A stretch of DNA of 64,000 nt, taken from contig NC_043006.1 of the NCBI RefSeq assembly GCF_006345805.1, forward strand, positions 50,344,001 through 50,408,000, in the 5' to 3' direction. The notes beneath the pieces are model-generated. The model did not search any database. It was not told the DNA's origin and saw only the letters and a list, made by a program, of their open reading frames with translations. The translations under genes were made by a program, and so were the position numbers. Source of the DNA: Octopus sinensis (Eukaryota). Below, piece after piece: positions 40,123 through 54,428 of the stretch (position 1 is the stretch's first letter; every line of letters starts with the position of its first letter).

Positions 40123-40825
40123 TATATATTTTTGCATATACATAAACCAACATATACAGATATATAAATATATATGCATGCAGACATGAGGCAGCACAAA
40201 TATACCCGTAAATATGCACATAGACTCACACACATAGTAATACACCCACGTACGCACATGTACACACATGTATATATACACACACATGTGTGTGTATACA
40301 TGCATGCACACATACATACACATATACGTGTTGGAAGTCGAATCGTGACAGAGTAGCAACATATCTTAAAATCAACGTTCCAAGAAGTTCCTGTACGTGA
40401 ATCTGTTTTTACTGGATTAAGTGCTGTACCGCACTGAACCTACCTTTCAGCGCAGTGAGCTAGAAAACCAGTGGCATAACGTAGGTTGAGACGACCAGAG
40501 AAGAAATGCACTTCGGGTTGATCTACGAGAAGGAATTTCAATCAAGAACTGGAGGTTCGTGCCAACCAGCCTACACCTGGTGCCACAACTTCGAGTCGGA
40601 GTAAACCTGGGAACAATGGTGGCTAAGAGATGGTCCTACAGATTTCAAAACCATGGAACACCCAAACCTGGACCCCAGTACAGCATGCTGTTTAAAGTCT
40701 TACAAAGGACATAAATACACACACATACATGCATATATACATGCATACATACATGCATACATAATAAATACATACGTACGTACGTAGTACAAACATACAT
40801 ACATTCATACAAATATACATACATA

Positions 40826-41250
40826 GGCGTAGGAGTGACTGTGTGGTAAGTAGCTTGCTTACGAACCACATGGTTCCGGGTTCAGTGCCACTCCTTGGCA
40901 CCTTGGGCAAGTGTCTTCTACTAAAGCCTCGGGCCGACCAAAGCCTTGTGAGTGAATTTAGTAGATGGAAACTGAAAGAAGCCCGTCGTATATATGTATA
41001 TATGTGTGTGTATGTGTGTGTGTATCTGCTTGTGTGTTTGTGTTTGTCCCCCCAACATCGCTTGACAACCGATGCTGGTGTGTTTACGTCCCCGTAACTT
41101 AGCGGTTCGGCAAAAGAGCCCGATAGAATAAAAACTAGGCTTACAAAGAATAAGTCCTGGGGTCGATTTGCTCGACTAAAGGCAGTGCTCCAGCATAGCT
41201 GCAGTCAAATGCCTGAAACAAGGAAAAAGGATAAAAAAAGTAAAAAAAGT
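40826..41250 (+). mobile_element. CORE-type octopus SINE, full length
   Basis: tRNA-like head, caccttgggcaagtgtcttc CORE-like box, internal microsatellite, A-rich tail. Confidence 0.9.
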
Positions 41251-41257
41251 ATATGAT

Positions 41258-41288
<31 letters not shown>

Positions 41289-41384
41289 TTATACATACAT
41301 TTACGCGCAAAAAGCTAAAAGATATAAATGAAAAAACTTGCGTATATAAATGAAAACCATACTTACGTTTTTGCACCCGCGAGT

Positions 41385-41555
41385 AGTATTCTCTTTTAAT
41401 TTTGTACTTGTTTCAGTCATTTAACTGTGGCTATGCTGGAGCACCGACTTTAGTCGAGCAAATTTACTCCAGAACTTATTCTTTGTAAGCCTAGTACTTA
41501 TTGTATCGGTTTGTTTTGCCGAACTGTTAAGTTACAAGGACATAAACACACCAGC
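41385..41555 (-). mobile_element. CORE-type SINE 3' fragment
   Basis: Matches the 3' half of 40826-41250. Confidence 0.8.
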
Positions 41556-42679
41556 GGAAGTGAGCTAGAACATTAAAATTTACTACACATGCACCGCAGA
41601 GTTCAAGGTCAATTAATGCCAAGCAACTTCACTCTTCGTTACTATAGCAACAGTCCTGAGACTACGTATATGACCAGACTACGTATATTCATATTTGTCT
41701 ATGTATCTATCTCTTTCTCTCTTCCTTTCTCTCTTTCTCTCGCTACACACACACACACACACTCATATATACATATACACACACACCCATATATATACGT
41801 AAGCACTTTCGCGTTTTCCGTTAGCACTCATGTCTAAAATCACTAAGGTATTGTAAACTACCCTTAACAATAACGTTCACCCATTATCACATCATAAGCT
41901 CAAGTGCACCAGCTCAGATTCCATGAAGCCAGATCCCAATGGTGACATACTATTTTACGACATCCACTTTAGCAGTGTTTTTGCCCTAGACATCGGCAAA
42001 AATTTTGTAAGTCCCAGGCATACAATCCTTCTACCTGTAGGCTCCAACGATTCCTCGTTTCCTGGATCGCCAGCCTCCTGTCATACAGTACGACCGCGCA
42101 AGTGTCATTAAAATTTTATCCGTTTCACTCTGAGTTATGTTCCGTCGGCCACACTCTTCATTAATCTACCTGTAATCACATCCACAAACGATTAGTCTTA
42201 CATAGATGGTATGATATTCCATTCCTTCCTATCCTTTCTCAACCATGCAGGAGCTACGCGCAACCGAGATATCACAAATCAAGCCACAAGATTCTTTCTC
42301 GGGACACAATACCCCAGTTTCGAAGGCTTTCAATAATATATATATAATTTAAGTATGAATACAGATCAGAAATTTTGAACAACACCGCTTCATCACCAAT
42401 AAGGAATCTTTTCCAAACAGCCGATCAAACGCGATTTCAGTGACCTTTCAATCACTGTTTCATTATATTAGCTAGCAGTTGACGTTTGCTTGGCATGTGG
42501 CAACGTGGATATTTGCTACTGACAAAGCTAATAAGCTGAAATACAAATCTAGAACTTCAACTATTTTTCAATGTGTTTAAACACTTTATGTCCATAGCGA
42601 TGCTTTCTCGAGATGAACACCACAGTTAAGAAGGATTTCGACTGTAATTATGTATACAATCGCAAAATTTATTGATATA

Positions 42680-42740
<61 letters not shown>

Positions 42741-43751
42741 TCTACATACATGATTGCATACATACATACATATATGCATACATACATATATACATACATA
42801 CACATGCATATGTGTATTGAGTTGAACATTTCTGTTTTGGGTAACATGGATAGGCTATTTCAGACTAAATAATGTTGTACAGTGTTAGATATTTATTGAT
42901 TTATATGTATTATACAATGGGGGGGGGGGATGAAACGACTAGCCAATGTGAGGCTCTGTATTTTACAAAACCTCACAACAATTTGTTCATGTGTGTACAT
43001 GCTTGCTTGTATATGTATGAATACTTGGAGTGCATACAAATGCTATGCAGCCCGATGCTGCAGTGAATAAACCGATATGTGTCCTGCCCTCTGTAGCCAT
43101 AAACATATTTCCAAAAGCCTGATGCATTTGTATTATCTTCTGCTTAAACGAAATGAGAAACAATAAATGTCTTACATATTTATAATATAGATGTTTCTAC
43201 AGTGTCCGAGATATTTGGAAAACAATATGAATTTGCAATGCCTGCTGTTATACATACGATGATTGACGTTAGGCGCATATGATGAAGACGAATATTTATA
43301 TCGGTATTGGAATAACACGGAATTTATGTAGAATTATTATCTTATGTGCAGTTAGAGAAGACGTTCTTGAATCAGCTTATTATTTATATTCTGTATTTAT
43401 TCTGTATATTGCTTTGGCGGTCTTAGAAATATATGCAATGGCCGAGTTTTGCTTTTGTTTCCATTCTTTATTTCTAGCTTGCAGATTTGGAGCGATAATA
43501 TATGCAACGACATATAAATGCAGCTAATATGGAGAGACGCTTGAAAATAAAATCAGTTCGCATATTCCAATACATACATACATACATACATACATAATAC
43601 ATAATATAATATAATATCACACACACACATTTCAGCTCTTGATACATTGTCCTCGTAGCAATCACATGCACATAAAAGTCTATTGTCCCTTTAAGCATCC
43701 TTTAACAGTGTAGTAAGAGAATGGTTGTAGTGTGTTGCTGTTTATATTTGA

Positions 43752-43785
<34 letters not shown>

Positions 43786-43798
43786 ATGTATATATATA

Positions 43799-43867
<69 letters not shown>

Positions 43868-44280
43868 CTGTTACTGCAGTACGGAAAGTAGGAATGTATG
43901 GAAACAGTCAAAATAGTTAGAGTACTAATATGTGGACATCAACAATAAAAAGTGGCATTTAAAATCATGAAAAGTAAATGAGCTTGTATTTGCTTTAGCT
44001 CCACTCATTGGACTGCGGTCATGCTGGTGCACCCTTGCTTGTTTTAAAATAAGCAATGGGTAACAAAATTTGATGCACAGTTTACTTGGCTGCGGAGCGG
44101 ACTTTTTAACTACCTAGTTGTGCCTGGATAAATAATTATTGGCATGCTGGAGCAAACCACTGATAACGGCTTCAGAGATCAACGACTTCTTATTGCATCT
44201 GCATAATATATCAGAAAATAAAGCATACTGTATATCTATTTATTTCAATATATGTAGTTTGACTATATTTTCAAGTGTCC

Positions 44281-44321
44281 CTTGAGTGGATTTGGTAGAC
44301 GGAAACTGAAAGAAGCCTGTC

Positions 44322-44375
<54 letters not shown>

Positions 44376-44584
44376 CTGTGTTTGTCCCCCTAGCATTGCT
44401 TGAGAACCGATGCTGATGTGTTTACGTCCCCGTCACTTAGCGGTTCGGCAAAAACAGACCGATAGAATAAGTACTGGGCTTACAAAGAATAAGCCCCGGG
44501 GTCGATTTGTTCGACTAAAGGCGGTGCTCCAGCATGGCCGCAGTCAAATGACTGAAACAAGTAAAAGAGTAGAGTAAAAGAGAG
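44281..44584 (+). mobile_element. CORE-type SINE, 5'-truncated
   Basis: Colinear with the full copies. Confidence 0.85.
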
Positions 44585-44869
44585 GATGTATATATATATA
44601 AATGAGTGTGTGTGTATGTGTGTGTGTGTGAGTATGTGTGTGTGTGTGTGTGTGTTGTGTGTGTGTGTGTGGTGTGTGTGTGTACATTACAGACTTGCAT
44701 GCACTTTATCGATTAATGTTTGCAAATTTTCCCCATGATTAACTTCTTTATTATTTGTTTGCATTCACTTCTTTTTTCAGAAACCATTCAGGTATTTTTT
44801 CATATATTTTACATTAATTTACAATAATATCTATAGATCTTATCTCCGAGTTCCTTCTCCCACTGCTCT

Positions 44870-45153
44870 TTCTTCTCTTCTTCTCTTCTTCTTCTTCTTC
44901 TTCTTCTTCTTCTTCTTCTTCTTCTTCTTCTTCTTTTTCTTCTTTTTCTTCTTCTTCTTCTTCTTCTTTCTTCTTCTTCTTCTTCTTCTTCTTCTTCTTT
45001 CTTCTTCTCTTCTTCTTCTTCTTTTTCTTCTTCTTCTCTTCTTCTTCTTCTTTTTCTTCTTCTTCTTCTTCTTTTTCTTCTTCTTCTTCTTTCTTCTTCT
45101 TTCTTCTTCTTCTTCTTCTTCTTCTTCTTCTTCTTCTTCTTCTTCTTCTTCTT
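44870..45153. repeat. (CTT)n microsatellite, ~280 bp
   Basis: Direct reading. Confidence 0.95.
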
Positions 45154-46019
45154 GCTCTTTTTATTATTATTATTGTTGCACTTCTTCACCTTCTCTTGTC
45201 CCACTCCTTTCACTTTTAAATACATTTTGCAGGGCGGCCGGCACCCACTGACTTCTTGCCTATAGAATACATTTTAACAGAAGAACCCATTTAATCATTA
45301 AAAAATACGTTAAGCGAAGCGATAGTTGCCTACATAGAAGATGTATAGTAGAATCAAAGCCAAATAGAATTCACAATTTTTAACAACAAAATTTTTAAAA
45401 ATATATTTATAGGATATAACAATTATTTTACTATCTGTTTACTTTTCTTATCTCACCTCTATTTCTCGCCGTTATTTTTTCTTGTTCTTTCTCCGTGTTC
45501 GAATTTACTGTTTTCTTACCATATTTAGATATTATAAAGCATTCATCTAACTTTTTGTATCCTTTGCTCAAGAGCAGTAGGCAATCTTCGACCGACCAGT
45601 TTCCGATATTTGTTTTGATTGATACTTCTGGTTGCCTTTAAATATCTTCCTAATGTCCCACGGAGACAGGAGCAAATAATATGTGAAATAATATTAAACA
45701 CACAATCCGAAAGGAATACATACATACATACATACATACATACATACATACATACATACATACATACATACATACATACATACATACATAATATTAAACA
45801 CATAATATGTGAAATAATATTAAACACACAATCCGAAAGGAATACATACATACATACATACATACATACATACATACATACATAGAAAAACGCACAGAGG
45901 TTTGTATTTAAATTAGCGCAACAGTAGGTATCACTTGACAAAGATCGTTCAAATTGCAGGTGCTAGAATAAATTTTCTCTATGGTAACTATTCTTCCTAT
46001 CCTTCTTCACTGCTGGCAG

Positions 46020-46370
46020 TAATTTATTTCCAGCAGAAACAACATGCCGTCATTGACTTCTTGACGAAGGAGAGGTACAGGCTCTTTGAATCCACAGAAT
46101 GTTTACGGAGATGACTTCATTGACAACATTAATGGGCACTGAAGAATTGAAAGTTTTAAAGAAGTGGAAACCAGTATTTAAGACAAATTACGTTGTGAGA
46201 GGCAGTCATCTGCACTCAACGACATTAATCGCCAGGCAGTGTACGAAATAATTCATGCAGACTGTGGTCACAATACTTTACAGAAGATGGTAGAAGACTT
46301 TGGTTATCATAAATTGTATCCAAAGCGGTACTTTGATCGTTGCCACTTGATTAGAAGAAGAACAGGGTGA
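46020..46370 (+). mobile_element. mariner transposase 5' relic
   Basis: KQHAVIDFLTKE, NVYGDDFID, FKEVETSI*DKLR (cf. FKDGETSIEDKPRSGRP), DFGYHKL. Confidence 0.65.
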
Positions 46371-46404
46371 AAATCTTCTCTGATCTGCTAGGAATGTGTA
46401 CACA

Positions 46405-46864
46405 CTCTTTTACTCTTTTACTTGTTTCAGCCATGTGACTGTGGCTATGCTGAAGCACCGCCTTTTAGTCGAGCAAATCGACCCCAGGACTTATTCTTTG
46501 TGAGCCTAGTAATTATTCTATCGGTTTTTTTTGCCGAATCGCTAAGTTACGGGGACGTAAAACATCAGCATCGGTTGTCAAGCGATGTTGGTGGGGGACA
46601 AACCAGACACACAAACATACACACACACACCACACACACACACACACCACACCACAACAACACACACACCACACATATATATATATATATATATACCTAT
46701 ATACGACGAGATTCTTTCAGTATGCGTCTACCAAATCCACTCACAAGGCTTTGATCGGCCCGAGGCTATAGTAGAAGACACTTGCCCAAGGTGCCACGCA
46801 GTGGGACTGAACCCGGAACCATGTGGATCATAAGCAAGCTACTCCCATACACAGCCACTCCCAT
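46405..46864 (-). mobile_element. CORE-type SINE, full length
   Basis: Colinear with 40826-41250. Confidence 0.9.
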
Positions 46865-48025
46865 ACCTACACATTTGTATGAAACAAAAATTTGTAAAAC
46901 GATAAGGACTGTGGGAATAAAGAAACATTGATTTAACCTAGCAATATAAAACGAGAAGCATCGCCAATATACTGAATACATATACACATGTATGTATCTA
47001 CATACATAATTATGTATGTTTGGTAGCTAAAGATAGAAATACATGTCCAAAAGTGACAATGGCAATTTCTGTCTGTCTGTCTGTTACCATCTTGCTACCT
47101 ATACCAGTGAACCAATCTTGACAAAACTTTGCATACATGTTAATCTAACATCCAGTTGAAATATAGGCTGATTGGAGTTTAACAAAAATCTATAATGGTC
47201 TGTAGCACATGCTTACAAATCAATAACACATCTACTGATATGAATTAAGTAAGGCTTCTGTAAAACTCAACCATGCACTCCTTCAAGTAAACAGCGTGCG
47301 ACCTTTGTGAGAATAATTCAGCTTTCCATAAGGAAAATATTTCTGCATGCAGCACCCGTACGTCACGCTGAAGTCACATCAAGGACACGGTCAACTGCAG
47401 GATTCGTGGATAGGACATGGAACAATGTAATGACCAATGACCTGGAAGTTGGTTCACCATGAAATTAATTTGATGAATTAAATCAAAATTACCATAACAT
47501 CATAATCATTTTTATCGTGCAGCGCAAGATACGGCCATGCTAGATAAACTACGACACGCCACAACGCCAGCTAAAATACGCGGAATATTTCTCAATGTAT
47601 TTGTAAATCTATCTATTTATCTAATCTATCTTACACGGATGCATGTTCATTTGTTAAAATAATAAAGGCTCATTATTGTTCCCTCACTATCGAATTAATA
47701 GTTTGTAATACTATTTTTGGCAATAAACTATACCCAGTTCCCGTTTACCGCTACACTGTTCCATGCCCGATCTCATTTCCTGTTCAGTTCCCGTCTTTAT
47801 GCTACTATAGGAACTATATAGTATACTATATGTTTACTATGATATATATGATATATATAATATACAATATAAGCGTGTTGTAATGTGTAATATAGAGCAT
47901 AATATTCCTTATATATACATACATATCTATATCTACATTTACTTGTACATGTCTAAATCTAGTTATCTACCTAGTTATCTATTTTCGTGTATGTATTATG
48001 CAACTATATATGTATGTACGTATAC

Positions 48026-48058
<33 letters not shown>

Positions 48059-49111
48059 TGTATGTATGTATGTATGTATGTATGTATGTATGTATGTATG
48101 TATGTGCTATCCGTAACAATATCCATTTTGTATTTTGTTCACTGATTTTTAAAACCACATGACAAAAGAAGATACAACAGTAAAATTGCAAATACAAATA
48201 TTTCACAGGTAACAGAAACGGTTTTTTTTCTAGATGTCAATAATAATAGCGTATCACAAATGTTTCCAGTCGAACAAGAAGGTAGTGTAACACAGCAATT
48301 CAGTTCCTGCCTCAATAAAAAGAATATTCCTGTAAATGTTCAGAGAATCAAATATACAGTTTCAAGGAACACAAAGATTCTATCTGTATCAAATTCTTAT
48401 ACTACTCAAACACCAAGAAGAATAGAAATCTTTACAGCTTCGCAATTTTTGCTGTGGGGCCAAAGAGTTATATACAGTTTGAAGGAACAGAAAGATTCTA
48501 TCAGCAATTCATGGTATCTTATCAATTTTTATCTAGGCATGTTTTAACTTAAAAGATTCGAATTCTTATACTACTCAAACTAACAGTTTCGCAAGATGTG
48601 GTGTGGAGCCAAAGAGTTATTTCATTGCAGCGCTAACTTGTCATGTCAAAAGATATTTACAACATATCTTTTCACTTTCTAGGAACACCAGTGTTATTAA
48701 AATTTCAAACATAGCCCGTATATTTTCAAGCAGGTTACAGACGATCACCTATTTAAATTGAAACCTGACACATTTATGGGGAGCCGATGGATAGTTACAA
48801 ATTGTTAAGAGACAAGGAAACACATGATTGTAAACTGTGTGTCATTCCAATGACAAGTAAGAAAACGAGTTTGTATTAAACGAAAACGTATGAGCAAGCC
48901 TACATCCATACTCCCACCCCCCACACATACAAACACATATGCATAATATATAATACAAGAATTAATTCATGTACATGTACATATATATATATATACAGTG
49001 AGAGAGAGAAAGAGAGAGATGTATATATGTATATGTGTCTGTATGTTTATAATTATATGATCTATTTATATGGATGTGTATAGATAGCTATGCATGTAAT
49101 TATATACACAA

Positions 49112-49205
<94 letters not shown>

Positions 49206-49489
49206 CAATCAATAAAAGAACTCCGATGAATTTCAGAAGTGGTTAAAAGATGCGAACCGAAAATTGGGCTGATTCCTATATGTGTTGTTAGGCTATTTGA
49301 TCGAGCGTGTTGTACAGGATTTGAACAAGCAGTTGGATTATGTCGCGTGTGTCTACGAGTTTTCGTTGGTAGTTCATTGACATGACTGAGCGAGTACTCA
49401 AACTGTGAGGCGGTGTGCAATGTGTGTCGCAATTGGATGAATTAACAGTGTTGTGTATATTTACTTCTTGTATATATTGAATTTTTTTC

Positions 49490-50160
49490 ACACTACCCAT
49501 CCCTAGCTAGAGCAGCATTATAATAAGTTGCATGTGGTTCGAAAATTTTATTATTAGCAGATAATCTAGAAATTCTTGGAGAAATATTCTTAACTAATCC
49601 CCGTATAATCGAGGGTGAATGATTGGATGCTACGTTAATGTACTTATTATGATCATTGGGCTTATGAAATAGTTCAAATAATCCAATATCAAGACAGAAG
49701 GTAGCGTCAAGAAAATTCACTTTACGATAATTTTTAGCCATAGTAATGTTAAGTTCTAAATTTTTAAAAAGTTTAAAGAAAGTTTTCCTATGCCTTTCTA
49801 ATTGTACTTTGCTACTTCTGTCCAGACAAAATTAGGCGTCATCCCTATATAGACCTCTTGTTACTTCCGGAAAGGAAGACTAGATTAATGAAAGGGTATA
49901 TATATTCCGACAAGGTCAGTGACCTGAGTAGAATCGTAGGAGCCCATTGCTATATCAAATGCTTTCTCCCTATCTAATCTACTCCATAATCTACCAACAA
50001 AGCCTACTAGAGTGGCTCGCGCGGCAAGTATAATATCTATTTCGCGTCGAGACAAATCGGAATTTTTCATGCTATAAATCAGGGCTTGATTAAGAACGAT
50101 CGGTTTAATAGTGGCAGAGTAGCTCTCTATATCTAATTGCAAGAATTTACTATTTTTACT
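49490..50160 (-). mobile_element. Penelope-like element RT relic
   Basis: FLQLDIES, FDIAMGSYDSTQVTDLVGIY, GLYRDD, VNFLDATF, FHKPND, SNHSPSII, YYNAAL. Confidence 0.85.
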
Positions 50161-50268
50161 AATTATATGTGCACACACGTACACGCAGACTATAGACGCA
50201 CGTATTTATATTCATATATAAACTAACATGTATTAATATACATAAATTATGTATATAATGCATATACA

Positions 50269-50318
<50 letters not shown>

Positions 50319-50503
50319 TTTACTCTTTTACTTGTTTCAGCCATCCGGCTGAGGCCATGCTGGGGCACCGCCCTGTATATATATATATATATATATATTC
50401 ATAAATGAGGGTGAAAAATTAGATATTAATTTAATAATACCAGAATAAGGAGCTATTTCTAGCACTAGAGTTAACCACTTAACGGTAACTCTCTTATATT
50501 TAC

Positions 50504-50576
<73 letters not shown>

Positions 50577-50807
50577 TACAAAATTTACATAAACGTGATA
50601 TACTATACATACACACAAATACACACACGTACATACTCATTTTTTGTTTATCTAGCAATCTATCTACCTACCTATCTATCAATATCTGTGTGTACGTGTA
50701 TTTTTCTTATATCGTTTTCTCTCGTCTCTGTACACACACACACACGTGCGCATATTTATATACATATATATCTACATATACATACACACACATATATTTA
50801 TACACAC

Positions 50808-50860
<53 letters not shown>

Positions 50861-50867
50861 ATATATA

Positions 50868-50898
<31 letters not shown>

Positions 50899-51294
50899 CA
50901 TACATACATAATATTTATTGATCCATTGATTGATTGGCTGATTGATTCATTGACCTTTCATTCAGTTATGTAGATATCTCCCTTTGAACTCATAAAATGT
51001 ACAACAAAACCCTATGCATGCACGCAATCAAATTAAAAGCACAAAATATCTTCTCTGTATTTTATAAAACAAGATTTTTCTCCGTCCAAAAATCTTGTGT
51101 GAAGGAAAAAAAATAACATTAACTTAATAATCTGCTTAATAAATAACTTTACAATTCCCTAAACTCCCAAGTTCAAGTTGTTTGTTTATTTATTAATCTT
51201 AACAAAGCATACATTTATTTATTAAAACTGGAATTAGTTCTCACATAAAATAACGTTACAGTACACATCTGGGTATTTTTTCTTTTTACTTTAG

Positions 51295-51408
51295 GAGAAC
51301 AAGTTTTGTAATGATTTCCAGCAATGGTTGAATACTAGAGCAGATAATTGGCCGTGGATGAATGGTGAAGTTAATTTGTGCAGAAGTCAATATAATCAAC
51401 TAAAATAA
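51295..51408 (+). other. Unassigned exon-like segment
   Basis: Strong acceptor (tattttttctttttactttag|G), then ENKFCNDFQQWLNTRADNWPWMNGEVNLCRSQYNQLK*; family not recognised. Confidence 0.25.
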
Positions 51409-51728
51409 GACTTACGTAGTGAATGGAAAGTGACGTAACTAAAATACAGCAAAGATCTTTTGCATGGGACGAAACCGATTTTGCGCTTTAAGAGCCTTTT
51501 GTTATAAACGTCATGGCAATATCTTCTTTTTTTATTGATTTGGGTACAAAGCCTGAAATTAAATCAACCCGACTATTTGACTGGTTGGTTTTTCATTGAA
51601 TTTATTGATCATCGTGAACGATGAAAATCGAAGTCAACCGGTTGTAGGTGGAGCGTAAACATTATGTAGTGAAATATCGCAGCGCATTACTCGTTCAGCA
51701 AATCTGCTACGGCTGCTACTACTACTAC

Positions 51729-51779
<51 letters not shown>

Positions 51780-51879
51780 GGATGATGATGATGACGATGA
51801 CAGTCATGCTAAAACTACTATTACTACGAGTGATGATTTCAATGTTTGGCGCAAATCCAACAGTTTTGTGGGGAGGGGG

Positions 51880-52030
51880 AAGTTAACTATATTTTAGTAC
51901 TATATTTTATCGTCCTCGAAAGGAAAAGAGGCAAAGCTGACCTCGGTGAGATTTGAACTCAGAACAACGTAAGGAGACAGAAGAAATATTGTTAAACATT
52001 TTGTCTGACATATTAACGATTTTGCCAACA
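51880..52030 (-). mobile_element. Nin/Deu-like SINE, diverged
   Basis: ttttatcgtcctcgaaaggaaaagaggcaaagctgacctcgg...tttgaactcagaac. Confidence 0.7.
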
Positions 52031-52170
52031 CACTGCTCTTAAATATAACAGCTAGATCTTCTCTGCAGTGTTAGTCTCACTAGTCGTGGTACAGTGCCCA
52101 CGACTGATCCCAGTTCTGGAAAGTCATTGTAGTTTTGTGGGATCATAAAAAATCGCAAGTTCAAACTCAC

Positions 52171-52549
52171 CTCTCCTGGCCACATATCGTTCTTCATCGC
52201 TTCAGTTTTCCCGACCTGCTCGTATTGTGCCTCAAAGAGGACAACGTATCAGGGGCTAATGTCATTTGTGGCGCGCCTCAATGTCATCATTGTGTTACGG
52301 TGTCCGTCCACTGTGTAGGGTGTGGATTTTAACACTCCAGCCTGTTTTCTGGGTTCATCAATCCCAAACAGGAGACAGACAGCACCGTACTTTTTAACTC
52401 GTTCAGTAAACACACAACTATCCCTTACGTCGGTTAGTGCCTGTCTCAAGTAAATTATATAACACGCTTCAAAGGTCAAAAGTTTATCCCCTTGTGTTTG
52501 TGATTTAGAAGTATTTGGAAGCATGTCAACTTGCTCTCTCGAAGAATAC
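52171..52549 (-). other. Unassigned exon-like segment (379 nt) with one in-frame TGA
   Basis: Long polypyrimidine tract with AAG acceptor and a GAG|gtgagt donor; 126 codons open except TGA at 52249-52251; family not recognised. Confidence 0.3.
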
Positions 52550-53214
52550 CTTGGGGCAAGCAGAAAGAGAGAGACAGACAGGAAGAAAGAGAGAAAATGA
52601 GAGAAACCTTCGTAACACACTTCTGCTAACTGCTTCTTCATCAGGAATCCACACAAATTCAAACTCTCTTTGTTTAATTTTACATTTGACAGTGGTGTGT
52701 GTGACAAGTGGTGCGTTGTTATAGCTGCTGTCAATTTGTTAATATTTAGCGACTCTTCAATATGATCGTATTTGTGTCAGAAACACATCATTTTTTTAAG
52801 TGTTTGTATTTTCATTTCCAAGTTTTTGTTCTGCTTTTTGCGTGTTGTCAGTAATGATATTTTTATTAATTTTTTGCATTATTATTTCTATCACAAACAT
52901 CAAATATATCATTATTTTGTTAAATATTCATAGCTTCATTTATAGCATTTTTTCTGTTTTGTGTGTGTTGTCTTCGCAAATGTTTTTGTTCATTAAATAT
53001 CTTTCTTGTTGTTTTCTTAGATATGTTGCTAAAATATGATAGAAAATAAACAAACTGAAACAAAAACATTCTTATAAAGACATTTTTTGCAAATTAGAAA
53101 ACTTATTCACATTTAAACAACTCTTAGAATCGAAAACTGCGGAACCGAAAGAACATTTTTAAGTTAAACAAATGAAAATAATGAATCATAATAATTTTTT
53201 TTTATTTTTTAAGA

Positions 53215-53375
53215 GGAAAGGCAAGTCGATTACATTGACCCCAATACTTGACTACTACTTTATTTTAACGACCCTGAAAGAATGAAAGGCAAAGTTGATC
53301 TCGATTAGAATTGAATTCAGAACGAAATTAACCAGAAGAAATACCACTAACGATTCTGCCACATCACCGCTTTAA
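53215..53375 (-). mobile_element. Nin/Deu-like SINE, diverged
   Basis: gtcgattacattgacccc...gaaagaatgaaaggcaaagttgatc. Confidence 0.7.
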
Positions 53376-53509
53376 TACTTCTTTTCTAATTTTAACCAAG
53401 GCCAGCAATTTCAAGTCAATTACACCGACCTCTGAATCTAAAAACCGAATCATTTGCAATATCCCACAGAAAAAAAAGCCCAAACCTACATAATAACTGG
53501 CTTAGAACG

Positions 53510-54250
53510 GGAACAAAATAAATTACCAACTATATATGGATGACTTCAGACTATACACTAATTATAAAACGAAAGCAGAATTACTTAACGATTTTGGGTT
53601 GAACAATTGTGCAGCATTAATTGTGAAGAGAGGTCGAAAGATTAGATATCCTATTCTGATATCTTGTGGCATCTTTATCATCAAGGCAATCAATATGTGG
53701 GCACACAGTCTATTCCTTTTCTAAAAAGGACAATACCCGCGCTACTTGAAGTAGAACTAGAAAACCGCTCAAAATGCATAACGCACACCACTCTAAATGT
53801 ATCATCGACTGGCTCTACTTACCAATAAGAGAAAGCAGTAAAATTTTGATATATGCACAAAACACCACCGGTACCTAGATCTGAGTTTGAAAAACTATAA
53901 TGTGCGTAGTGAGGGAAGATTTTTATCAATGGTAAGAAGCATCGAAGAGGTTTCCCAATAGAATAAAAATAAATAACATGATAAGTATCTGGAAAGAGAA
54001 AGAACTACATGGCCAATCCATGCAATAAACCGAGGATGCTGAAAGTGAAGAACGTTAGTAGTGGTTGAGAGATGGAAGCCTGAAACGAGAAATTGAATTG
54101 TTAAATACAATCACTAAGGAACAAAAAATTAGAATAAATTTTATCAAGACAAAGATTGAAAAAAATTAGAATAAATTTTATCAAGACAAAGATTGAAAGA
54201 CGCAACAGCAATACAGAATGTGTTGAGAAGGGGAAGAAAGTTTTAACCAT
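53510..54250 (+). mobile_element. R4/Dong-clade LINE relic, heavily deleted
   Basis: LYMDDFRLY, DFGLNNCA, KAINMWA, MHNAHHSK..DWLYLP. Confidence 0.55.
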
Positions 54251-54428
54251 CAGCTAAACAAAAAAATATGCTAATACTAGAAATGTATAAACATAGGAAT
54301 GACTGTGTCTCTAAGAAAGTGCATTGGCTTATTATTCAAGTTTGTAGATTTGAAGTAATGTAAACTTGATATAAACACAAGAAAGTGAACAATAATGATA
54401 GGATTTTAAAAGGATATCAAGTTTTACA

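Noticed and set aside
44809-45225. 138-aa K/R/E-rich ORF resembling a protamine or acidic tract
   Set aside because: It is the (CTT)n microsatellite read on the minus strand
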